A stretch of 21,307 nt of DNA, from contig LRSL01000041.1 in the NCBI GenBank assembly GCA_001563335.1, positions 1 to 21,307 of the forward strand. Reading direction: 5' to 3'. The notes under the pieces are model-generated. The model did no database searches. It was not told where the DNA came from and worked only from the letters and a program-made list of their open reading frames with translations. Positions 1 through 8,188 of this stretch are shown in pieces. How positions within the stretch are numbered: position 1 is the first letter of the stretch; the number at the start of each line of letters is the position of its first letter. The stretch is from Candidatus Thorarchaeota archaeon SMTZ1-45. Its GTDB lineage: Archaea; Asgardarchaeota; Thorarchaeia; Thorarchaeales; Thorarchaeaceae. A program made the translations under genes and the position numbers.

Positions 1-1
1 C

Positions 2-1003
2 AAGCAATGCGTTCATTGTGTTCTCATAGGCTGCTTGTTGATCAGGAACCTTGGAGTCAATGACTCCAGCAGCACCGTAATATGGCAATCCATAGTAATG
101 AGCCATCTGACAAAATGCAGCATGAATCAGTCCATTTTCTGGCGAGCCATATGCAGCCGTTCCAAATCTCTGATCCATTATTGTGGCACAAGAGCCCCAC
201 ATTATCGGCGTTCCAGGACCCATAAGTTGAGTTAAAACCACAATTGCGTGGTTTTCTGCAATACCCTGAACGATAGTACCTGCAAGTGTAACTGGTCCAC
301 TTGCACTAGACAATAATCCTGTACTAATATCAAAAGGAATCCTATACCTTGCGCATTCAAGTATCATGTCAATGATTTCGCGGGTGTACTTCAGTGGTGG
401 GACATTGTTAAATCCGGTATCTATTATTGAAGGATTTTTGGCAAACTCATCCTCACCACCCGCATAGATTTTTGCCATTTCTATGACATCTCTCCAACCT
501 TCAGGAGTTAATGCTACAAGACTGAGGTGTTTTTCCGAGCTTTTAAACATGGCAAGAGCCATTTCTTGTTCCCATATTGTCTTGGGTACATCCTGAGGTA
601 AGATGTTAGGTTTGATGTAGTCAACAGTAGGAAAGTAATCAGCTAGTAGTGTAAACTCCTCCAGATCCTTGATTGTAGAAAGTCTACGTTCTCCAGTTTT
701 CAAGTCTATTGTATAATGTGCACCAAAAGCATTGGTGAAATATGATTCGCCATTCCCTATGACAATATTGTATTTCTGATTTCTAGCAATTAGTTTATGC
801 CTTCGAGGACTCTTTTGAAGTGCATCATTGAGAAGATACTCAGGGATTCTTACAACTTTGGTTTTCTTGTCTACAGATGCACCAGCTTTTGCAAGTTTAT
901 TCAGCGCTTTGTCATGCTGAATGACAATGCCAACTTTTTCAAGAACCTCCATTGCAGCTGTATGAATAGAAAGTATCTCACCACGACTTAGCAGTTTGTA
1001 CAT
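2..1003 (-). CDS. mttB: Trimethylamine methyltransferase (MttB) superfamily protein, non-pyrrolysine type; 3' end runs off the window
   Basis: Not in the ORF track; translated by hand. ATG at 1003 with GGAGG at 1010-1014, open for 334 codons to the edge: MYKLLSRGEILSIHTAAMEVLEKVGI...SGPVTLAGTIVQGIAE...GTPIMWGSCATIMDQRFGTAAYGSPE...YYGLPYYGAAGVIDSKVPDQQAAYE. These are MttB-family signatures (PVTLAG, MDxRxG, GSPE, GLP, DSKxPDxQAxxE). Lies directly downstream of a corrinoid protein gene. Confidence 0.92.
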   Translation of the reverse strand, partial: MYKLLSRGEILSIHTAAMEVLEKVGIVIQHDKALNKLAKAGASVDKKTKVVRIPEYLLNDALQKSPRRHKLIARNQKYNIVIGNGESYFTNAFGAHYTIDLKTGERRLSTIKDLEEFTLLADYFPTVDYIKPNILPQDVPKTIWEQEMALAMFKSSEKHLSLVALTPEGWRDVIEMAKIYAGGEDEFAKNPSIIDTGFNNVPPLKYTREIIDMILECARYRIPFDISTGLLSSASGPVTLAGTIVQGIAENHAIVVLTQLMGPGTPIMWGSCATIMDQRFGTAAYGSPENGLIHAAFCQMAHYYGLPYYGAAGVIDSKVPDQQAAYENTMNALL

Positions 1004-1028
1004 AGAATTCCTCCATATATTTCCTTAA

Positions 1029-1676
1029 TCAGTTTTTTACAAGCTTTTTGACTAGACTGACTGCTGTTACTGCATCACCAGCCCAGCCATCAGCTTCTAT
1101 CTCATCAGACCATTCTTGAGTGGTGGGAGCACCACCAATAATGACTTTCACGTTTCCCCTAAGACCAGCTGCCTTAAGCTTCTCAATCACAGCCTTTTGC
1201 GCGGGCATTGTTGCAGTAAGAAGCGACGATAAACCAAGCACATCCGGTTTGTATTCCTTGACCTTATCAACAAAGGTCTCTGATGAAACATCTTCACCAA
1301 TATTAAAGACTTCAAAACCCTCAGCTTCTAATAAGGTACCCACTATGTCTTTTCCTATACTATGAATATCACCCTCAACCGTACCAATAATCACTTTTCC
1401 TTCGGATTTCATCTCCATTTTTGATTCTTTGATCACTGGAAGAAGCACTGACATTCCTGCTTTCATAGCATCGCCAGCCATGACAAGCTCTACAAGAAAA
1501 ACTTCTCCTTGACTGAATAGGTCACCCACTGCTTTGACACCCTTGGCTAAACCATTTGTAATAGCTTCCAAGGGAGGGATGTTTTCCTCAAGAGCTTTCT
1601 TTGCAAACTCAACAGATTTCTCAGAATCTCCTTCCATGACAGCAGCTTTTAGTTCTTCAAGAATAGAAGAAGTCAT
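1029..1676 (-). CDS. Methyltransferase cognate corrinoid (B12-binding) protein, MttC/MtbC-like
   Basis: N-terminal four-helix cap followed by GTVEGDIHSIGKDIV (DxHxxG cobalamin motif), GLSSLLT and IIGGAP; GGAGGAG RBS at about 1684-1690; 25 bp from the MttB-like gene. Confidence 0.95.
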   Translation of the reverse strand: MTSSILEELKAAVMEGDSEKSVEFAKKALEENIPPLEAITNGLAKGVKAVGDLFSQGEVFLVELVMAGDAMKAGMSVLLPVIKESKMEMKSEGKVIIGTVEGDIHSIGKDIVGTLLEAEGFEVFNIGEDVSSETFVDKVKEYKPDVLGLSSLLTATMPAQKAVIEKLKAAGLRGNVKVIIGGAPTTQEWSDEIEADGWAGDAVTAVSLVKKLVKN

Positions 1677-1813
1677 TCCAAATCTCCTCCTCTAACATGT
1701 CCTGATGGACAATCTTCATCTACGGAATTGCCTACTTATATCTCTACTCGTGGAAGTTAATAAATAGGAGAATCTGAGATTTAATATGCTTTATACAAAA
1801 GTGGCTCTTGAGC

Positions 1814-1847
1814 AAAATAAAGAGAAGCCTGAGGTTATCCTCAGGCT
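1814..1847 (-). terminator. Hairpin plus pyrimidine/U tract after the permease gene
   Basis: Perfect 9-bp inverted repeat AGCCTGAGG-ttat-CCTCAGGCT (1826-1847), 10 nt past the permease stop, followed on the minus strand by TCTCTTTATTTT. Confidence 0.7.
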
Positions 1848-1856
1848 AATAATCTA

Positions 1857-3437
1857 TTATTCTGGCGATAGTGAGGTGTAGATTGCATCCATGTCTATAT
1901 TCTGCTTTTGCATTCGTCTGGCAAAGTAGACGAACCATAACGCTGAGAATCCATATTGCACACACATCGATATGATCGATAGAAATGCGGCTCCCTGAAA
2001 GAATCCAATCAGCAGGAACAACGCTGTTGGAAGCATTATGACTCCTATCCATGACATTAGAGCAATTCCTAAGAATTCAGGTTGTCGTCTGATACTTCCT
2101 TCATATAATGGTCGTCTCAAGAACGGTAATTGTAATGCAGCCATTGATTGGAAAATCATCTCTATACCCCAGAGGCCTACTAAGGATGTCACCACAGCCA
2201 AGAATCCACTAAGACCAGGAACAGCATATGCAAATGCGAATGGTGCTCCAAACAAGAAGTAGTAGAGGATTGCATATGTGGGAGTGTGGTATTTTGAAAG
2301 CTTTCCGAAGAGTGAAGGCATCATCCTATCAAGCGAGGCTTGGAAGAATCCTCTAGTGACCCATGCCATATTTATCGGAGTAGCAGTCAAACCAATAACA
2401 ACTGGCGATAGTAATATCCATCCGGAGATCACGGGGTTTCCTGCAAGAACTGCAGTCATAGTCCCAAGGCCTCCTTGAAATACTCCTGTTTGCGTTAGAT
2501 TTCCAGTCGCTGCTGCCACTGCGTATTCACTTGAGAATGTCCCGAAAGTTCCCTGGAATAGCCAGGCTCCTCCTGCAAGCAAACCAGCTAGAATAAGACC
2601 ACCAAGTATCTGTGAAAGAACTAGGTTCTTCGCTGGATCAGCGACTTCTCCACCATAGAGCAGTATGAGATATGGCCATGTCAGTCCTATGGGCCAGATT
2701 GTTGCCAAAAGGGTCATTTCCAGACTAAACGCAGGCGCTGCATATCCTGCTGCAGCGGCGACGGTTTGAACTTCTGTATAAGCTCCAGCACCCCAGACCG
2801 CATCCCAGCGGCCAGATACTGCACTAGCTGGAGTTGTCGCTAGTACCACAAGTGCCAAAACCCAGCCAATTGTTGAGAACAATCCACCCGCCATCTGTAT
2901 TCTCGGTTCCATCTTTAATAATGGCCCAAGATAGGCGATGATTGAAAACAAGGCCATCAATCCTATTGATACTGCAACCAAAGCCATTGGATTCGCTGTT
3001 GAGAAGGTGACACCTAAAGATTGCATACCCGGGTTATTTGTCACTGCACCCCATTGAGCGAATGCGGCACCCAAGAATACGAGGAACAGATAGAACTCAC
3101 TCGTCTTGATAATTGGGTTAGCAATTATGCCACGCCAAACCGCTATTGTACCTGCAACAGGATTGAAACCCCTTGCTGAGATCTGGTAGAGACCCGAAGA
3201 ACGCGGCATGGCCATCGACAGTAATGTCATCATTACTGTGTAGATAAGCATGAATAACATACCTATTCCCCAAGTTGCCCCAGCATCAATTCCGGGATAC
3301 ATGTCCTGAAGGATGCCGACAAATAGCCATTGATATGTTCCTAGGCTTGCACCTAGAATTGCAAATAGGGATGTCCATGTACCGAAATACTTGGTCAACC
3401 CTGATGTCGGTCGAAGAAATAGTACTTCTGACATCAT
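1857..3437 (-). CDS. APC-superfamily amino acid/amine permease
   Basis: 526 aa with about 12 hydrophobic segments; FLRPTSGLTK N-terminus, AMPRSSGLYQ (APC 'MPRsGGxY' motif), YGGEV in TM6 and DRMMPSLFGKLSKYHTP (APC 'DrxlPxxFxklxxxxTP'). Confidence 0.9.
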   Translation of the reverse strand: MMSEVLFLRPTSGLTKYFGTWTSLFAILGASLGTYQWLFVGILQDMYPGIDAGATWGIGMLFMLIYTVMMTLLSMAMPRSSGLYQISARGFNPVAGTIAVWRGIIANPIIKTSEFYLFLVFLGAAFAQWGAVTNNPGMQSLGVTFSTANPMALVAVSIGLMALFSIIAYLGPLLKMEPRIQMAGGLFSTIGWVLALVVLATTPASAVSGRWDAVWGAGAYTEVQTVAAAAGYAAPAFSLEMTLLATIWPIGLTWPYLILLYGGEVADPAKNLVLSQILGGLILAGLLAGGAWLFQGTFGTFSSEYAVAAATGNLTQTGVFQGGLGTMTAVLAGNPVISGWILLSPVVIGLTATPINMAWVTRGFFQASLDRMMPSLFGKLSKYHTPTYAILYYFLFGAPFAFAYAVPGLSGFLAVVTSLVGLWGIEMIFQSMAALQLPFLRRPLYEGSIRRQPEFLGIALMSWIGVIMLPTALFLLIGFFQGAAFLSIISMCVQYGFSALWFVYFARRMQKQNIDMDAIYTSLSPE

Positions 3438-3511
3438 TCTCTCCTTCCTAATTTATTCTCCTCTCCAAAAGCAACATTGGAGAAGATGAATCTCATTAGA
3501 AGTAGCAGTGT

Positions 3512-3520
3512 GATATAAGA
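3512..3520 (-). promoter_or_regulatory. Candidate archaeal TATA box for the permease
   Basis: Minus strand reads CTTATATC about 75 nt upstream of the start; a 12-bp palindrome GAATTTAAATTC lies at 3530-3541 just upstream. Confidence 0.3.
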
Positions 3521-3576
3521 GTTTGTGTCGAATTTAAATTCAGTAGTAATTTGTTAAATTGAGTTCAAGTGAATTA

Positions 3577-4272
3577 TTAATAGACAAGCTGAACCAAATA
3601 ATACTGTCTCCATGGTTTCGGTGTTTTGACGATTTCAACATAATCATAATCAACGATACCAAGACCTACAAGATGATCTTTGGGTTCCTCATCTTCATAG
3701 TAGAGAATCTCTCTGAGCAAGTTGATGAGACCTTGAATTACCATTTTCAACTCATCTGAACGCAGTTGTTGAGCTTCTGGATTATCAATGAAGTATTTGT
3801 CTATACGACGACTTATCTGTAAACCCAAAATGTACCTGCCTAGTAAACCAATAATCATAGCTGCAAAGGCTGTAATCATAATGTAGGGTGCAATAGCTCC
3901 AATGATTGGAGTTTGAGGTGCGATTAAACCAATAATTAGAACTACAAAAACAATGGGAACTGCGACTTGCCATATACCCTCAGTATATGATTGGTATCTT
4001 GCAAGTCGAATGGTGTCAGGATTACTCGTGGCTGCTTTGGCCATCTTGATTAGCTTTCTCCTAAGATTCTTCCAGTTCTGCCCAAATCCCTCTCCAAGGG
4101 TTCCCTTCTCTACCATGTCATCAACAAAGCTTAGATTGTAGTATATATGAGATCGGTATGCATCTATGTGGTAGATTGCCTTTCTTATGTCATCAGGGTC
4201 TGCTTCTTTGGTTTTTATGACTCCAGACTCCCTACGGCTTGCCGCTCTCTTACGCCTGTTCTTTCTTGACAT
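3577..4272 (-). CDS. Hypothetical membrane protein (two central TM helices, basic N-terminus)
   Basis: 231 aa; hydrophobic hairpin IWQVAVPIVFVVLIIGLIAP / IIGAIAPYIMITAFAAMIIGLLG; 23 bp downstream of the phosphoesterase, so probably co-transcribed. Family not recognised. Confidence 0.75.
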   Translation of the reverse strand: MSRKNRRKRAASRRESGVIKTKEADPDDIRKAIYHIDAYRSHIYYNLSFVDDMVEKGTLGEGFGQNWKNLRRKLIKMAKAATSNPDTIRLARYQSYTEGIWQVAVPIVFVVLIIGLIAPQTPIIGAIAPYIMITAFAAMIIGLLGRYILGLQISRRIDKYFIDNPEAQQLRSDELKMVIQGLINLLREILYYEDEEPKDHLVGLGIVDYDYVEIVKTPKPWRQYYLVQLVY

Positions 4273-4295
4273 TGTATTGATCTCCGAGCAATGAT

Positions 4296-5246
4296 TTACG
4301 CAGATACAGCTATAGCGATAACTTCATCGTTGGGATTCTTGGGTAAGTCGATTACAAATGCACTCAGCATACCTTGTGTGTAAGATGATCCAGGATTGAT
4401 ACATAATGAACGACCAATATGCTCTAGACCTGCAGACTCATGAATATGCCCATGAAGACCTAGAAGAGGTTGATATTCTTCAATAACCTGACGGACACTT
4501 TTACTTCCAACAGGAACCATTTCTGGTGCGCCATACCTGACCTTGACCTGAGCCTTCTCATCCAACTTAGGTGCTAGATCAATCATTGTTCCATAGGGGG
4601 GAGCATGGAAGTTGCAAATAAGTCCTTCATATGTTTCTACGCGTCCGAACTCCCTACGGAGCTTCTCTAGCAATTCATCCTCAGGACACTCTCGTGGTGT
4701 ATCCCAAGGAGTTGAATTTACAAACTCGCATGATATCATTTGATGTTTATCATCAATGTCTACGACATTTTGAAGGGGATAAGTGAGTCTATCACTATTT
4801 TGTATTAAGTTGTCTATTTCAAGAGAATCATCATTTCCAGGACTTACTACCACCATAATATTGGACGGCACTTTTTCTTCTATTAATGCGATCCACTCTT
4901 TCATTCTTTTGAGCATTAGTTCTTTGAACAAGGCAGTTACTTTTTCTGGGCTAGCTTGTAGTTCCTCCAACTCAGAATCTGTAGCAATAAACCAATAGAA
5001 TCCTCTTTTTTCGTAAATCTGCTTTGCCCGATCTAAATCCTTCTCTGATTTGTACTTCTCTTTTGAGCCCCATGGAGAGGACCACCATAGACCAGGTTTT
5101 TCTTCAATGATAGGAACAACAGCCTTGCCTGTGAGGTCTCCACACATCATAACAACATCGCACTTGTATGCCTCGTGTACCCTAACCATTTTTCGTTGCA
5201 CAGGCACGCTCCCATGTGCATCGCAAGCGAAGAAAACTCGGGTCAA
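4296..5246 (-). CDS. Calcineurin-like (Icc-related) metallophosphoesterase
   Basis: Motifs DAHG, GDLT, PGNDD, FHAPP, HGHIHE and INPGS; TTG start preceded by GAGGTT. Confidence 0.9.
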   Translation of the reverse strand: MTRVFFACDAHGSVPVQRKMVRVHEAYKCDVVMMCGDLTGKAVVPIIEEKPGLWWSSPWGSKEKYKSEKDLDRAKQIYEKRGFYWFIATDSELEELQASPEKVTALFKELMLKRMKEWIALIEEKVPSNIMVVVSPGNDDSLEIDNLIQNSDRLTYPLQNVVDIDDKHQMISCEFVNSTPWDTPRECPEDELLEKLRREFGRVETYEGLICNFHAPPYGTMIDLAPKLDEKAQVKVRYGAPEMVPVGSKSVRQVIEEYQPLLGLHGHIHESAGLEHIGRSLCINPGSSYTQGMLSAFVIDLPKNPNDEVIAIAVSA

Positions 5247-5334
5247 GTTTAAACCTCTTAAAGCAGCGGCCGAAATAGATATTTAAAGGTTTCAGAAATC
5301 CAACTGAAGTTAGCTGTTTGTTGAAGTGTTTGCT

Positions 5335-6105
5335 ATGGATTTTGACATTAAGGCACAGCAGGAGTTCATACGAGAAGCACTAAGGATTATTAAAGAAGCA
5401 AACAAGCAAGGAATCATCCTGCGACTGATGGGAGCCATAGCAATTCAACTTCACAGTCCAGAATATGCCTATCTGCATGAGAAACTTGGAAGGTTCATTA
5501 CTGACATCGATTTTGTTGCTTATGAGAAACAAACTTCTAAAATTGAGAAGTTCTTTGAGAGTCAGAACTATTCAAGGAGGATGATATCATTTAGCTTTGC
5601 ACTCGGAGGTAGAATGATTTTCATCAACAACTCAGATGGAAGGCATATTGATGTCTTCCTTGATCGTTTAGAAATGTGTCATAAAATCGATTACAAGAAA
5701 AGACTAGAAATTGATAATCCAACTGTACCATTAGCGGAGCTGCTTCTGCAAAAGATGCAGATTGTAAAAATCAGCGAGAAAGATATTATTGACACTACTA
5801 TGTTGCTCTTGGCTCACGAACTAGGAGATACTGATGACAATATAATAAATGCAAAACATATCTCACGAATTCTTGCATCAGAATGGGGATTCTATTATAC
5901 AGTAACAACCAATCTGAAGAAAGTGAATTCCATTATGCGTAAGTTCGAAGTGATATGTGAAAAAGACAACGATATTGTCAGTGGGAGAATTGAGGAGCTC
6001 ATCAAAAGGATTGACGATGAACCAAAGAGTACCTCATGGAAAATGAGGGCAAAAGTGGGGACATCGAAGAAATGGTATAAGGATGTTGACACTCCTGGAA
6101 GCTGA
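5335..6105 (+). CDS. Uncharacterised nucleotidyltransferase-fold protein (Pol-beta/AbiEii-like motifs)
   Basis: LRLMGAIAIQLH...RFITDIDFV (hG[GA]xA...DxD), third acidic residue in HIDVF, and KDIID near the C-terminus. The ORF track starts at GTG 5326; ATG 5335 is preferred. Confidence 0.7.
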   Translation: MDFDIKAQQEFIREALRIIKEANKQGIILRLMGAIAIQLHSPEYAYLHEKLGRFITDIDFVAYEKQTSKIEKFFESQNYSRRMISFSFALGGRMIFINNSDGRHIDVFLDRLEMCHKIDYKKRLEIDNPTVPLAELLLQKMQIVKISEKDIIDTTMLLLAHELGDTDDNIINAKHISRILASEWGFYYTVTTNLKKVNSIMRKFEVICEKDNDIVSGRIEELIKRIDDEPKSTSWKMRAKVGTSKKWYKDVDTPGS

Positions 6106-6114
6106 TCTAAGTCT

Positions 6115-6630
6115 TCATTTTTTCATTTTGGTGATGATAACAGTACAGAATTCTCCGCCCTTCTGAAGGTCAGTTTCTCCTATTTCTGGAGGGGTCTGGG
6201 CTTGGAGTTCTGGATTCCAGCCCTCAACAAATCCATTGTCAAAAAGCTCCAGAATTGGGCAAACTGTTTCAATGTAGGAACTCGATAACCCTTCATCATT
6301 GAAAGCTGGTATTAGAGTAGGTACGGGACATCTACGCCAATGGATGACTGCTCTTTCTTCGGATATTTCAATGATTTCCGGATTAAATACACTGGTTCCT
6401 CCGAAAAGTTCTCCAAGTGTGACTAAATCATTCTTCCCAATTGCCTTTGCAGCATTCTTTCCTGCGACAAAACCAGCATCATAGTTTGCTTTCTTAATGT
6501 CCTCTAGAATCTCATCACCATATTTATCAGGCAACCTATGGATGAGGTATGAAACTATTAAGCACCTTGTGGCAATCTCTCCAGCAACAAGTTCGTTGCA
6601 TAACTCCCAAGACAATTCATCGTTTGACAA
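6115..6630 (-). CDS. V4R / L-2-amino-thiazoline-4-carboxylic acid hydrolase-like small protein
   Basis: Pattern RAVIHWRRCP...VCPILELFDNGFVEGWNPEL...LQKGGEFC (CP...C...D...GxxxC), typical of the V4R/ATC-hydrolase fold; TTG start with GAGGTT RBS; 23 bp downstream of the dehydrogenase. Confidence 0.6.
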   Translation of the reverse strand: MSNDELSWELCNELVAGEIATRCLIVSYLIHRLPDKYGDEILEDIKKANYDAGFVAGKNAAKAIGKNDLVTLGELFGGTSVFNPEIIEISEERAVIHWRRCPVPTLIPAFNDEGLSSSYIETVCPILELFDNGFVEGWNPELQAQTPPEIGETDLQKGGEFCTVIITKMKK

Positions 6631-6653
6631 ATTTATAACCTCAATTTTTCTAT

Positions 6654-7718
6654 CTAGAATATGATCTGGACCTTGATGGAATGTGATTCTCTTTTATCTA
6701 GAGCAGTTTGAAAAGCTTCTGATGATTTTTCAAGGGGAAATTTGTGTGTAATCAATGGCTTTGAATCAATCCTCCCCATTTCGAGAAGGTCCAAAGATAC
6801 TTTGAATTCTTTTAGGTGAGTCCAATATGCATATCCCCACGACCCTGTGAGGTTCACTTCTTTTGTGATAAGTGAGAACATATTGATGGGCATCGGATTT
6901 AGGAATATTCCAGTTGCGACAATTGTACCATGACGTCTAAGCATACTAACTCCTTGGTCAATCACTGGAGCATTACCTCCGACAGCTTCAACCACTTTGT
7001 CAACTCCCTTGCCAGAGGTCAGTTCCATTATTCGCTCTACAGGATTCTCTTTCTTTGCATTAATTGTAGCTGTCACATCAAATCTTTCTGCAGCTTCAAG
7101 CTGGTAATCATGAGTACCTGTCACATATACTTCCTTAGCTCCAGCAATATTTGCAGCTTGTGCAGCGAAAAGACCAATTGTTCCTGCCCCGAGTATAACC
7201 ACAGAATCCTCCATCGAAATACCAGCTCTCTTAATAGCACGCACAGCAACCGCAATGCAGTCCAATGTTGCTGCTTCTTCGTATGTTGTTTTCTCTGAGA
7301 TTTTGAAGCAATTCTCCTCTGGTGCAACACAATATTCTGCAATACCACCAATATAATAGAAACCAATTAGTCCTGATTTCTCACAGAGATTGTATAATCC
7401 AATATTGCACCAGTCACACTTTCCGCAGTTAACTGTTGGTTCTATAACAACCCTATCTCCTAGTTGAAGTGATGTGACTCCCTCACCAATTTCATGGATT
7501 TCTCCGGCCAACTCGTGACCTGGCACATATTTTCCTTCGCCAAGTATTGAAGAGATGGGAATGAATGTTTTTTCCTTGTACAAATGAAGATCACTTCCAC
7601 AGATTCCTGCTGCTCGTACCTTTATCAAGACCCATCCAGGTAGTAGCTTGGGAATCTCAATCTCTTCAACACGCAAATCCTTAGGAGCATAAAGAATACC
7701 AGCTTTCATCATTCCCAA
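6654..7718 (-). CDS. Zn-dependent medium-chain dehydrogenase (sorbitol/threonine/idonate dehydrogenase-like)
   Basis: GICGSDLH, PGHELAG, structural Zn motif CGKCDWCNIGLYNLC, Rossmann GAGTIG, ITHKFPLE and IKVQI. Confidence 0.93.
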   Translation of the reverse strand: MGMMKAGILYAPKDLRVEEIEIPKLLPGWVLIKVRAAGICGSDLHLYKEKTFIPISSILGEGKYVPGHELAGEIHEIGEGVTSLQLGDRVVIEPTVNCGKCDWCNIGLYNLCEKSGLIGFYYIGGIAEYCVAPEENCFKISEKTTYEEAATLDCIAVAVRAIKRAGISMEDSVVILGAGTIGLFAAQAANIAGAKEVYVTGTHDYQLEAAERFDVTATINAKKENPVERIMELTSGKGVDKVVEAVGGNAPVIDQGVSMLRRHGTIVATGIFLNPMPINMFSLITKEVNLTGSWGYAYWTHLKEFKVSLDLLEMGRIDSKPLITHKFPLEKSSEAFQTALDKRESHSIKVQIIF

Positions 7719-7771
7719 GGTGAATAACCTCGAAACATCTACTGACTCTGTGAACTACATAAACATTTCCG

Positions 7772-7789
7772 CTTAAAGTCCACTTTAAG
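7772..7789. promoter_or_regulatory. Palindromic candidate operator in the divergent intergenic region
   Basis: Perfect inverted repeat CTTAAAGT-cc-ACTTTAAG between the dehydrogenase and SAMP starts. Confidence 0.45.
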
Positions 7790-7864
7790 TTGAGAGGTCA
7801 CCTTCGACATACTTAATTTGAATAATGACGCAATATAAATTCAAGATAGTGGTGAAGCAAAGAA

Positions 7865-8155
7865 ATGACAGAAGTCTTTGTGAAGCTCATGAATAAAGGG
7901 CTCAAACATGCAGAGCATAACAAGTTTGCATTCGAAACAAGTGAGAATGCAACAGTTAGAGATTTGATTAATGAGCTTCATGAAGAGTATAGAGAGAGAT
8001 TCGAAGTTTATCTAGAAGACAAGGAAAAACGAGTTCTAAGAAGAGATACAGTAGTCATAGTAAATGGCATGAATATGGTTGCTAGAAAAGGAGAGAAGAC
8101 AAAACTCTCCAAGGGTGATTTGATTGTCTTTATGATAGCAGCTGTAGGTGGGTAA
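7865..8155 (+). CDS. MoaD/ThiS/SAMP-family ubiquitin-like sulfur carrier
   Basis: 96 aa beta-grasp pattern ATVRDLINEL...VIVNG...LSKGDLIVFMIAAVGG* with a C-terminal di-glycine; GGTGA RBS at 7851 and TATAAA at about 7834. Confidence 0.9.
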   Translation: MTEVFVKLMNKGLKHAEHNKFAFETSENATVRDLINELHEEYRERFEVYLEDKEKRVLRRDTVVIVNGMNMVARKGEKTKLSKGDLIVFMIAAVGG

Positions 8156-8187
8156 AGGAAGAAAAATGAGGGCGAAAAACACCCTCA
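8154..8187 (-). terminator. Hairpin plus U tract after the Fe-S oxidoreductase gene
   Basis: Minus strand: TGAGGGTG-ttttt-CGCCCTCA (8-bp stem with one G-U pair, 8167-8187) followed by TTTTTCTTCCTTT; lies between convergent genes. Confidence 0.65.
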
Positions 8188-8188
8188 A

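Noticed and set aside
2-1003. Possible pyrrolysine (TAG) recoding or pseudogene explaining the absence from the ORF track
   Set aside because: Hand translation shows no internal stop; the gene is missing only because its stop lies outside the window.
2400-3300. Locally higher GC in the permease gene as a sign of horizontal transfer
   Set aside because: It is explained by the Gly/Ala/Pro/Trp-rich membrane protein composition; no flanking repeats or mobility genes.
3462-3560. Short inverted repeats upstream of the permease (TCTCCAA/TTGGAGA at 3462-3483, GAATTTAAATTC at 3530-3541) as a riboswitch or ncRNA
   Set aside because: The stems are short or AT-only, and no cobalamin or other riboswitch consensus is recognisable.
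5335-6105. AbiEii-type toxin-antitoxin or CBASS-like defence system
   Set aside because: No AbiEi-like HTH antitoxin, CD-NTase-specific features or other defence genes are adjacent; the context is metabolic.
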